Source: Amphiscolops sp. MND2022 (taxonomy: Eukaryota). From it: 64,000 bases of DNA. Below are positions 11,271 through 21,183 of the stretch, piece by piece (position 1 is the first letter of the stretch; every line of letters starts with the position of its first letter). The notes under the pieces were generated by a model. The model was not told the DNA's origin. It saw nothing but the letters and a program-made list of their open reading frames with translations, and ran no database searches. Made by a program: the position numbers and the translations under genes. The DNA lies in assembly GCA_964187785.1 (NCBI GenBank), contig OZ076409.1, positions 77,128,001-77,192,000 on the forward strand. Direction: 5' to 3'.

Positions 11271-11654
11271 GGATTTCACATGCTCTACCTTATCAGAAAA
11301 CCCCTCAAGCTAGTCATTTAATATCGAAACATTATTGCCGATATTTTTCAAGTTTTCAGTTACTTGATCCATAGCTTGTTCACACGTTTGCAAAGAGTCC
11401 AATACAGTTTTTTGACTCCTAAAAAGCACGGCTTCCAGAATTGAAGATGGGAAAAAACAGAAAAAACAAAGTCTTTCGATAAAGTCAACTACAAAGTTCT
11501 CTGCTAAAAATGGGCGTTTTACTATACCTTTTTCTAATACTACTAAAAGACTTTTATTGTTTCACTAAAAACAAAACTAACATACGCTTTGTTGTTCTAG
11601 CTTGGGGCTAGCTCTAACTTCAATATTTTAGTTTGCTTTTTTGTTTTTTATTTT

Positions 11655-12040
11655 CAGACCATCAAATTGAATTAGAACTTGCAGGTCACAATTGAGAAGG
11701 AGGTGGAGCAGTCCATACCTTTCCTGAATATGCGTGTGACCAGGGAGGTGCAAACACTGACCACTTCATGGTATTCGAAGCCAACAAAAACGGGTCTCTT
11801 GTTACCTTTCTGTAGCTGTGCCTCTACGAAATATAAACGGGAAATCGTGGGTGGCAATATTCATTGCATACATCAAGTAACATCTTTTTTGTAGTGCTTT
11901 CACATTGAGAAGGCAGAAAAGCTAATGGAGGCGAATCAGCACCAGAATTTTTTGTCCCAATTGTCAGAAACACTGTCAGTATTATCTTGACAATCGTAAT
12001 GAACCAGCGCAGCCTCAACAAGAGAGGCAAGGTGATGTAT
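11655..12040 (+). pseudogene. Penelope-like element RT C-terminal fragment
   Basis: VTIEKEVEQSIPFLNMRVTR...TSWYSKPTKTGLLLPF matches the FT.E.E...LPFLD...Y.KPT.TG pattern of Penelope-like RTs. Confidence 0.75.
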
Positions 12041-12734
12041 AGAACCCTATTTGTATTCTAGAATAGTGGTAGTGGTAGTAGTAACAAGAATGAATTAATC
12101 TTTATGATTGAGATACAGCTGGGTAATCGTAATAAGTACAAAATAAAGAAAAGGCGTTGGTTAAAGATTAGGAATTTTACAGGTGATGCACTGGCCAGGG
12201 CTGTGAACTAGTTGACTTTTGATGGAAATGAAAACGGACGTTTCGGGTTTCTGCGACAATATGGCGGCGGACGTTTCTCCTCTAAAACAAACGTCCTCTA
12301 GAAGCAAAAACCAACACAAAATCGGGAAACCTGAATGACGTCTAAAAAAGAAAAACGTCTAAAAGCGTGTAAATTTTCTTCAGTACTTTCCGCCACCTAG
12401 TATGGGGTCATTTACGGTATGCACGCTCGCCCTCACCGTTGCAAAGAGCAGTCCCACTACGATCAATGACTCAGATTGTTGTGATAAACTTATGTAAGTT
12501 TCCGGTTGTGATGCCACCAAACAAAGCGAAGTAGCAGCAAAAGAGCACAAGCAGTGTGTTTCAAAATCAAGAAGAAAAACTGTGTGAATCAAGAAGAAAA
12601 TCAAGAAGTGTGCAATGATGGTGGTCAGCTTGATTCAGCCCTTTGCATGGTTCAAATTACATTCATGGAAAGTGTCTCGGGGTGAATGCAGACATCGTTG
12701 AAATGCTGGGAAAAATGTCTAGATGCTACTGGTA

Positions 12735-12962
12735 CCGTGAAGCAAGGAATTAGGTCCAGTTTGTAGAATACCAGTTTGTAGAATTCTACATATTGGTCCT
12801 AGGTGGTCCAGTTTGTCGATTTGTTTTCTACAAACTGGATCAATAAATTCTACAAACTGGATCCTTGTTCTACAAACTGGACATCTTTCGCACACACTGG
12901 ACATCTTTATTTGTAAAACTCATCGCAAATTCATCAGCGAAATTGTTAAAGTGCTTTTACGG
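12735..12962. repeat. Small foldback-type element with modular inverted repeats
   Basis: Three CCAGTTTGTAGAA-like units on the left face three TTCTACAAACTGGA units on the right; weak termini CCGTGAAGCA / TGCTTTTACGG. Confidence 0.6.
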
Positions 12963-14280
12963 CCTGAGCCGAAGCCCCATCCATGTATTTCTCATTTTCT
13001 TACTTAATAAGGATCGTTTATACATCGCTGTAACATACACAAGAAGTGAGAAAGTTTATCCTAAATCCATCCTGGATTGATCGATATGATGTGAAAATTT
13101 ATCGTTTATCCATCGGTTATCCTAGTTGTGCAAAATTTGCAGTTATAGCCAAAAAATTCATCGGTTACACGGTGCTTTCATAAATCGTGCTGGATATTGT
13201 TAAATACACACAAATCTTATCGTTTATTCATTGGTTGTACAATTTAGTGTTTATATGCTTTCTTTGCTGGCAGTATCAATGTAGTATCAACAAAAAGTTT
13301 GGCCAGAGTGCGACGCGTGCGGCTCTCTTCCCAAGTGTGTGGTTTTTTTTCATTCTGTTTGTTTGTCATCCTTTCCAGGTGCGTTAATGTTCAGGGTCAT
13401 AGTATAAAAACATGAACAGAGATTACCAGTCGGAAACAAAGTTATTTGTACAAAGTGGGTATTAGACAAAACACGGTTAATTATCGTTTGCAAGTTAAGC
13501 TCACAGATCCGTTACGTTTGCAGATAATGAAGCACAGATATTCAAGTTTGCGAATTAAGTTTTGTGATTGAGTACTGAAAAAGTGAGAAGGTTAAAAAAA
13601 TGTCTCCAAAGCTTCTTGCAACTGAATTTTTTCAAGACTCAACTGTCGGACAGTTACTGAATTGTAAAAGGCGTAATCACTTTTACAGTTTGAAGACAGG
13701 TTCGCTCGCAGATTGTATTTGGTTTTGCGAGAGAACTTATTGTCTTGTCGTTAGTTCCAGTATCTTCTGTAGCAATTTTGATCGCCATTCCATCGGGATT
13801 ATTGTCTAGATCGGTAGTCTGGTCGGGTAGAACTTCTTCAAGTTGATCACTGAGGTGCTAGTGGTTAATGTTCTGGATAAAGCACTAAAGATTAGTTCTT
13901 TAAACAGTGTAAGACATTTGGGATTTGATCTCACTAATACAAGCGGCGGTTCAAGTTGTTCGCGCCTCGGAGGTCGCCCCAGTTGAATATCCAAAGCTAA
14001 AACAAACTGAACACATTGAACAACTGAATCAATTCAATGAAATATTGCACTTATATCGCACGTACAGCTTTAGACTTATTAACAAAGTAAAAAATATTGA
14101 TTTTGCTAATCAAGTTGTTGAAACGAAACAACATAATTGAAATGTTGTCCCGGAGAAATTTTCTTTTGCATTCCGTGGTTCCGAAATGATGTATCTAGTA
14201 TTCTACTTTTATATAATATTCTCTTATTAGTGAAGTTTTTTTTTTCCAAAACAAAATGAACAAAATGTACTTCCGTGCTG

Positions 14281-14386
14281 AGCATTCAATTTGATCGAAG
14301 GAACTTTTTATTACACACCGTGAGTAAAATTAAGGTATTTTTACTCACGGTGTGTTCCAAAAATTTTCCTCAATCAAATTCAAGCT
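14281..14386. repeat. ~105-bp imperfect palindrome (MITE-like)
   Basis: Core ACACACCGTGAGTAAAA / TTTTACTCACGGTGTGT (17-bp perfect stem) plus outer arms AATTTGAT..AGGAA / TTCCT..ATCAAATT. Confidence 0.75.
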
Positions 14387-15639
14387 TTTAATTCCGCGCA
14401 AGCCAATCCAAATATTATTAATACTGCAGTAGCTGGTAACTACTCAAAACTTGTTCTTGCGTCATTTCAGTTGCGTTTTTGGTAACCTGGCTACGTTTAA
14501 GAGGATAAAAGAGCTGTGGTAATTTCTCGCTGAAACGACTTGGGAGAAAATGAAAGAAGAGAAAATCCTAACAAATGTGGGGCGTCGTCATTGTAATACA
14601 GTCTTTTCTCCTCGAAACATGTTATTCCTTGGGTGTAGGTTTGAGACAAGAAGACTTTTGTGCTGTTTAATGCCATAATCGTGTATCCAATATTGGACCT
14701 TGGAGAAAAACATCACTAACGTACACACTTTGTCAAAGTGAATTCGAGTCAAAATGTGTACCAGGTTTAAAAGAAAACGATGAATGCTTCAGAGTGGAAA
14801 ACAGTCAAAGTTATCACTAACTTACACACTTTGATTGTTTTTTTCACTTTGAATGTGTATTCCAGTCAAGATGTGTACAGGTTAAAGTGTAAAACAATCA
14901 ACTTCCGTCTTCGTGTGTTAATTGGAAACCAGTCAAAGTACGTAATTGTAGAGTGTGTAAAGTAGTTGTTTACTGTACTTTGATCTCTACGCGTAACGCC
15001 TAATCACACAGTGTAACGAGCGAAACTCGTAACGCGTATCTGAAATAAGAATGCGTTCGTTTTTATTGGCTGTTAAATGAACTAGCGAGATTTTCTAGTT
15101 CGTTGCGGCATATGTATTGTAATGTTATTCTAGTTATGTTATAGATGAACATAACTCAAGTGTCCTCTGTCTGTCTGCCGAAACGTCTTGTTCCCTTGAA
15201 AACCGACACTTCCGTAGGAATTGAGATATGGAATTGTTCAATTCCGAGTACAGAAATTGGAAATGACTATTCTTTCGGAATTGCCACACGGCATATCCCC
15301 TTCGGAGCTGCCACCTTCGGAATTATACTAAAAGTTGTAGTAAACCTAATAAATAGTTTCAGAGATACATGCCTTCTACAAGACTGGCATCATTTTGTCA
15401 AGATGAAGACGAGGGCTCGTCGCACCTGATTGAAAGTACAGGAAAAGGGCAGAAAGGAAAGAGCCGTGTGGCGTGGATCCCTACCTGGCTCCCAAAAAAA
15501 TTTACAAAGGATTCCTGAATAAACCTCTTTTGTGTGGCTTCTGTGAAGCTTCTGAGATTTCGGAGCTCCGTGAGAAGCAGTCCTAAGACCCCAATCAGTG
15601 CCCATTTACTAGTGAACTTTCCAACCTATTCAATGCTGA

Positions 15640-16550
15640 TTCCAACGAGCAGTAGGATTAGGTTAAAATATTCGGAGTGAAAGAAGAAACCGACAAGGAT
15701 ATCTACCAAAGATTTGTTGATGTTGCTATGAAAGTGGGACACAAAAGTTCAAAAACAGACATCAGCATATGTCACCGGGTAGCTAGCAGAAACTTGAGAA
15801 ACAGATCAAGGACGCCCTATCATGGTGAACTTTGTACGCAGTCAAACAAAACTTGGGCTGATGGCAAACAAAGAAATCACTGAAAGTTTGTGAAGAAAAT
15901 TTTTTATCAACTACGACATCATTCTGTTGACGCCGCGATGAGCTAAAGCTTCAAGATTGCGAGCCGGTATCAAATCTGTGGCCATGTTAAATGAGAAAGT
16001 AGTCATTTATAAAACTGATGGACTTAAATTGTTTTTTGAGATTCTGTTCAAGTTTTATGAATGGAATCCAGATTTCATATAACCTGTTTGCAAGACGAGA
16101 TTGTATTTTTGTTAGGGGGCCCTCTCACCTATCAAAGAAAATATAAAAAATACCTGCGTAAACGTGAAAAAAATGTACAAAACTGTTACCGGTGATACTG
16201 TTGTAAACGAATAGATTCAACACCTAAATGTGCGATCATCTGAGCTCCATTTTGAGGAATTGGAAACAATGATAGAATATTTTGGAGTCAATAAACCATC
16301 CCTAGTTTGCTGCTTCGAAAAGTGAAATGTTGAATCATCCGCTGAAGACCTTTATGTCTTGGATACTTATGCACCAAAGAATTTTCATCCATGAAAAACT
16401 AGAACTGAAGGTGTGTCTCAATATACGTCCATGAGTCACTCTTTTAAGATAACAGAAATTGACACTGGAATTGATTTGAATTACATTGTAATTAGTTGTA
16501 CCAATCTCAACAAGCAAAAATTAATGTAGTTTGTTTTTACAATCCCCCAA
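15640..16550 (+). pseudogene. CR1/L2-like LINE remnant: ORF1 C-terminal domain and endonuclease N-terminus
   Basis: VKEETDKDIYQRFVDVAMKVG...DISICHRV (CR1-type ORF1 motif); HLNVRSSELHFEELETMI and INVVCFYNPP (endonuclease N-terminal motifs). Confidence 0.7.
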
Positions 16551-17625
16551 TCGTAGGAGCAATATTGTGCACGAAATCCGGTGAACCTGGGATTGATGAG
16601 CAAAATTCCAACAAGTCGTCAAACAGATTGCACGAAGCATGGAAATCAACGAAGCCATTACGAACACAGAAGGACTCGACCTTCAGTCCACTCCTCGTAC
16701 AAGGAGCTCTCCACTTCTTGGACGAGATCTTCCGCTGGCGTAGTTAACTTCGCTCACTCCAAAGTTATCCTGGTGCGAGGAAACACTGCAGGAAAACCCC
16801 CTGGATGAAAGTCTGTGGTACAATAAAAAGACAGCCATCGTCACGACAATCTCCAAGAACCCGCACTAGTGAAAGACTGGGCCAACGAATAGCCCAAGAC
16901 AGTCAAGATGGCTCCAAACAGGTTTCAAATCGGGACAACGGAATGTGTTTGGTATCTGGTACAGACTTCTCTAAATACTGGACATCAACAAATGCATTTT
17001 TCAATTTATTGACCCCAGAAAACCACAATGCGACGTTCCGACGCATCTTCTTTCTGGAGCTGCATGCTATATGATCCGAAGACCGAATTACAACTCAACA
17101 CAAGACTTGAGCGAACCTATAACGGACCTTGATGCGGAAAATGTCGAGAGGCTGAATGCATACCTAGACCTCTTTGGTTCAGCTTGGCTGAATGTTTAAC
17201 AAGCAAAAATCTCGGGCTGAAGTTAACAGATCAGCAAGTGCGCGTCTCGTTAACCCTCCGCATGGATGCGAGAATTTGCGAGAAACACATTTGTCGTTGT
17301 GGTAAAGTTGTTGGAGAGAACGGACATCCTGTGCCAGAAGCGCGGGACGTTTTTAGAGGCACCACAACCTCAATACTCCCGTGAAACAAGCGCTGAGTTC
17401 CATCAATGTTCCCTCAATTTTGGAACCAAATGGTCTGAATCGAACAGACGCGAAGCGCCCAGATGGAATTACCGTAGCGTCCAGGGAGGAAGGCAAGCAA
17501 TTAGTTGAGGGATGTTAATTGTGTCGATCTTCGCGCCCCCAGCAGAATAGAAAACGGGTCTGTGGCAAACCCAGGCACAGCAGCGGATGATGCAGAGGAA
17601 TTGAAAACAGCTGATTACGTTTGTT

Positions 17626-17783
17626 TGTTGAATTTCTCGCAGATCAAATCGCTTTTCTATAAAAACTGGTATTCCTAAAACGGCAAATATCAAAGCACAT
17701 ATCAAAGGGACATCGACATCTAAAATAAAACATATGCAAATTACAGCAATACATAATAAAGGCATAAATCAGTATACACATCA
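17626..17783 (-). repeat. 3' LTR (158 bp)
   Basis: Direct repeat of 18881-19040; adjacent to the PPT on the minus strand. Confidence 0.9.
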
Positions 17784-18880
17784 TCCCCCTTCCAAGAGTT
17801 CTCATAGCTACTTGCAAATGAAGTCGTTTAATCTTGGGTTCGGTTTCCTGACTCGTGCAGACCTCCTAATCGGGACCTCGGGAGTAGTAGAAGAGTTTAC
17901 TACCAAAGACGCATCTCTACTAAGAACGCATGTCGAAGTTTGTTCCGCCACTCCCGTGGTCGTAGTACCATCTATAGTTGATCTCGCCGTCACTAGATCA
18001 GGGGCAACGGTAGTTGGACAGGCAAAGGAAGTATTGTCCTCTCGGACCCGTCTGAATCTTCCTTAGTGAACCATGCTGTATCATTGCCCTTTCGAACAAC
18101 ATCTCTCCCAGGCAAAGACGCAGCGCGAGGCCCAGCACGAAAAACTACACGCTCTACGGTGGGATAATTGATGACAGCAGGGAGTCGTTTTTTCCTTCCA
18201 AGCAGAACTTCCGCGGGAGTCTTCCCTCTCGCGGAAGAAGTGTTACGGTGTGTGAACAGGACTCGCTACAGAAATGCATGGAAGCTGACACGAAGAGACG
18301 AGTTTCAAGTCCTCATTGCCTTCTTTACAGTCTGCACAGCCCGTTCGGCAAGTCCATTACTCATTGGATTGTAGATTGGAATCTCTAATTTAGTGCAGTT
18401 TTGCGCCTGTAACCACGTGACAACTTTGTCGATGATAAATTCTTATTCGCTTATATTCTCATCTTGCTAAGCGAGGTCGAACAGGAGCAAAGACCTAGCG
18501 GGAACGAAGATCGCGAAGCGATCGTAGTGGAAGCTGGTCTTTGCGACGGTGAGGGCGAGCGTGCATACACCGCAGATGCCCCACATTATGATATTTCCGG
18601 GAGTTGACATAATCAATCCTTGAGTTGGAATGGAGTTGGCCTAATTTTGTGTTCACTTGGCTTGAAATTTTAAAGCCAAATGACTCGACGAAAAATGTAA
18701 GCCAAATGGTATTAAGCCAAGTGACTGGTAACCCAGGCTGAAACCGGGACCAGCGTGGACGAGTTCTCGTAGTTGTTTACGCAAACTGATTTGAAGTTCT
18801 TCAATTGAGTTGACCAAGGAACTAGCAGCAATAATTTTAAGCATGCTAACCTTGAAATGTATCCTGGTGTGGACACCAAT

Positions 18881-19040
18881 TGTCGTGTTTCTCGCAAATC
18901 AAAACGGTTTTCTATAAAAGCTAGTATTCACAAGACGGCAAATATCAAAGCACATATCAAAGGGACATCGACATCTAAAATGAAACTATAATGTCAATTA
19001 CAGCAATATATAATAAAGGCATAAATCAGTATACACATCA
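18881..19040 (-). repeat. 5' LTR (160 bp)
   Basis: Followed on the minus strand by a TGG-initiated PBS (18862-18879). Confidence 0.9.
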
Positions 19041-19807
19041 TTGTTTAACAGACAAAGGATATATCTTTCAACCTTTAGCCTTCGAAGTTCAGGGAGGAGT
19101 CGGACCTTCCACGTCTACTTTCTTGAAAAACCTCTGTAAAAAATTGTTCGTGTGCAATCAGGAAAATAGAGCCGGGTCGTTTTTCAGGCAGAGACTCTCG
19201 CAATCCAGGCAGGCAATGCGGCCAGTGTAGTTGGAACGGTTCGGGACGAAGATTACTTTAGCGAACTTTACTACTTGTAAATTTGTGTTTAACGTCAGTT
19301 TTGTTTCAACAAGAAATATTTATCTTTGCTTTGTAATCGTTACCATTTCACGTGCCTCATTGATTGTCTGAATTGAGATGTGTTCTGGGTCCATTGAACT
19401 CTCTGTTTGCATGATTTTCTTAATTCTTATTTTTTTGTTTCAATTGTTGGGTTTTTTGACTGCCGCTCGGGCCGGGGGCACAATATGAATAAAAAAGTGT
19501 TTTATTTAAAAAAAAACGCTGATAGATGACGACGATCCGATTCTGATGAACCGTAGAATGGTTATTGATTATCATGAGGCCATGACCCTCTTTTCTCTCG
19601 GCGTTACCTACCTTGCTCCTGGTCAACATTGACCACGATGTTTTTTCAGAGCCTTGCTGATGCGGCTTGAGTTTCACCCTGGCCGGAAGAGATTCACGTA
19701 ACACATTAGACTCTGAAGATAGCCCACCGTTCAAGAGAATTCGTGAGTCACGAGATTTCCTCAGACGGTCTGGTCCTCTTTCCCCGATACAAGTGAATAC
19801 CGAAGAG

Positions 19808-19928
19808 ATGGTGGAACAGGATGGTGATATATGCTTAGCACCTGTCGTCCCCGGCGAGATATCAGCCTTGAAAAGTTCCCCCTCTAGTTGGACAAACGGT
19901 TGCAATGATGAAAACGCTCTCTATAACG
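19808..19928 (+). CDS. WDR26: WDR26 putative coding exon 1
   Basis: MVEQDGDICLAPVVPGEISALKSSPSSWTNGCNDENALYN ends in a phase-1 donor G|GTTGGT that is compatible with the phase of exon 2. The same GTTGGT donor is used by exon 3. No homology support, so start and identity are inferred. Confidence 0.5.
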
Positions 19929-20589
19929 GTTGGTTGAATTTTTTTCATTGAATATTTAGTCAGAGGTACTGTGGATATATCGAGATACGGTAATTTGTTT
20001 TTTTTTCAGTAGCGAAAGACTGACCCTTTTTCAATATTTTTATACAACTAAACCTCACTGCTGCTAGTGGGATAAACATTATTAACAGATAACAGAAAGC
20101 TAGCGAGAGTTCATTGACTAAAACTAGTTGACTAAGATTTTTGATTACGTTCTAAGGAGTGAATGCAAGAGGAAATTGTCATTTTCTTAAACTATATTCG
20201 ATTCCACCAAACTATTCTTTTATTCATATAACCAAGCTTATTGTCCAAGATTTGAAAGCTTTCAGTGAAGCTTTGGTTTCCACTTTTTTTGCAAACTTCG
20301 AAAATTAATACTGTTTAGAGAAATCTGCCTGGAAGTGAAAAGTTTAAATTTGCAAATTTATGAAATAAGTTTCATCCGAACAATTGATGTTCGGTGACCC
20401 CTCACTTCGAAGCGTCGTATTCGTTGTCCCTGTGTATATTACAGTAACCGCATTATCGTTACTGGAGGCCAGTTATTTGTTCTTTATTGACAGTAGCATT
20501 TTATAAAATTCACTTCGTCGCGTCCTTCATATATAAATTATAACAACGGCGTTGTTAGTGATAAGTCGAATGATTGGTGAGATTAAATA

Positions 20590-20670
20590 AGCCATTTGGT
20601 GTAATGGTTAAGGCGCTTGACTGCTAGCTAGATCTGTCTTGAGATGCAGGTTCGAGTCCTGTAATGGCTA
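20590..20670 (+). tRNA. tRNA-Ser(GCT)-like, class II, anticodon stem defective (probable pseudogene), copy 1
   Basis: 7-bp acceptor stem AGCCATT/AATGGCT; A box TGGTGTAATGG; loop CTGCTAG; variable arm ATCT-GTCTTG-AGAT; T arm GCAGG-TTCGAGT-CCTGT; TTTT terminator directly after A73. Confidence 0.6.
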
Positions 20671-20845
20671 TTTTCTCACAATCATGTCGAGCTTGGGTTG
20701 TTAAAGTGGTAGCCATTACATAAGTGGCTTGAATCCCCAGTAGTTTGTGTTCAACTGGAAGCTGTGTGACATCAGCTTCAGTTAGAAGGGGATAATATAA
20801 CAACGGCATTGTTAGTGTAAGTCGAATGATTGGTGAGATTAATTA

Positions 20846-20926
20846 AGCCATTTGGTTTAATGGTTAAGGCGCTTGACTGCTAGCTAGATCTGTCTTGAGA
20901 TGCAGGTTCGAGTCCTGTAATGGCTA
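20846..20926 (+). tRNA. tRNA-Ser(GCT)-like copy 2
   Basis: Same as copy 1 except D-stem GTTT. Confidence 0.6.
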
Positions 20927-21102
20927 TTTTCTCACAATCATGTCGAGCTTGGGTTGTTAAAGTGATAGCCATTACATGAATGGCTTGAATCCCCAGTAGT
21001 TTGTGTTTAACTAGGAGCTGTGTGGCATCAGCTTCAGTTAGAAGGTGATAATATAACAACGGCGTTGTTAGTGACAAGTCGAATGATTGGTGAGATTAAA
21101 TA

Positions 21103-21183
21103 AGCCATTTGGTCTAATGGTTAAGGCGCTTGACTGCTAGCTAGATCTGTCTTGAGATGCAGGTTCGAGTCCTGTAATGGCTA
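21103..21183 (+). tRNA. tRNA-Ser(GCT)-like copy 3
   Basis: Same as copy 1 except D-stem GTCT, which pairs fully with AGGC. Confidence 0.6.

Larger units (their letters stand above)
6650..11300 (-). mobile_element. Near full-length degenerate APE-type LINE (ORF1 with three CCHC knuckles; ORF2 endonuclease + RT + C-terminal Cys motif)
   Basis: ORF1 knuckles CNRCQGFGHFAR..., KC*KC, AHCI*NHLTGDKSC; endonuclease FIVFGDYNARNRLWG, SNIDF and GHVPI; RT motifs WDTADVIFLKKVGK...SYRSISI...KVFEK, QEGF, DFEKAFDRVW, GLPQASALSPILL, FAND. Many stops/frameshifts; ends approximate. Confidence 0.92.
17626..19040 (-). mobile_element. Internally deleted Gypsy-type LTR retrotransposon (1415 bp)
   Basis: TG...CA LTRs at 17626-17783 and 18881-19040; 5-bp TSD TTGTT (17621-17625, 19041-19045); PBS-like TGGTGTCCACACCAGGAT after the 5' LTR; PPT GGAAGGGGGA before the 3' LTR; integrase remnant SNGLAERAVQTVKK...RVLFTHRNT...GKTPAEVLLGR (18190-18370) and pol tail RRSARVRKPNPRLNDF. 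Confidence 0.92.
17090..19280 (+). mobile_element. CRE-like (restriction-like endonuclease) non-LTR retrotransposon 3' region, split by a Gypsy insertion
   Basis: GSAWLNV..KNLGLKLTDQQVRVSLTLR...ICEKHICRCG; after removing 17626-19045 the frame reads KTADYVCLTDKGYIFQPLAFEVQGGVGPST...AGSFFRQRLS. Confidence 0.8.

Noticed and set aside
19420-19905. 161-aa minus-strand ORF
   Set aside because: Antisense to the phase-compatible candidate WDR26 exon, ends in AT-rich low-complexity sequence, and has no recognisable motif.
20671-20845. Hammerhead or HDV-like ribozyme in the array spacer
   Set aside because: No CUGANGA/GAAA hammerhead core on either strand, and no nested double pseudoknot could be built by eye.
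20624-21077. Minus-strand ORFs 20624-20809 and 20880-21077
   Set aside because: By-products of the tandem repeat (antisense to the tRNA-like unit); no coding features.
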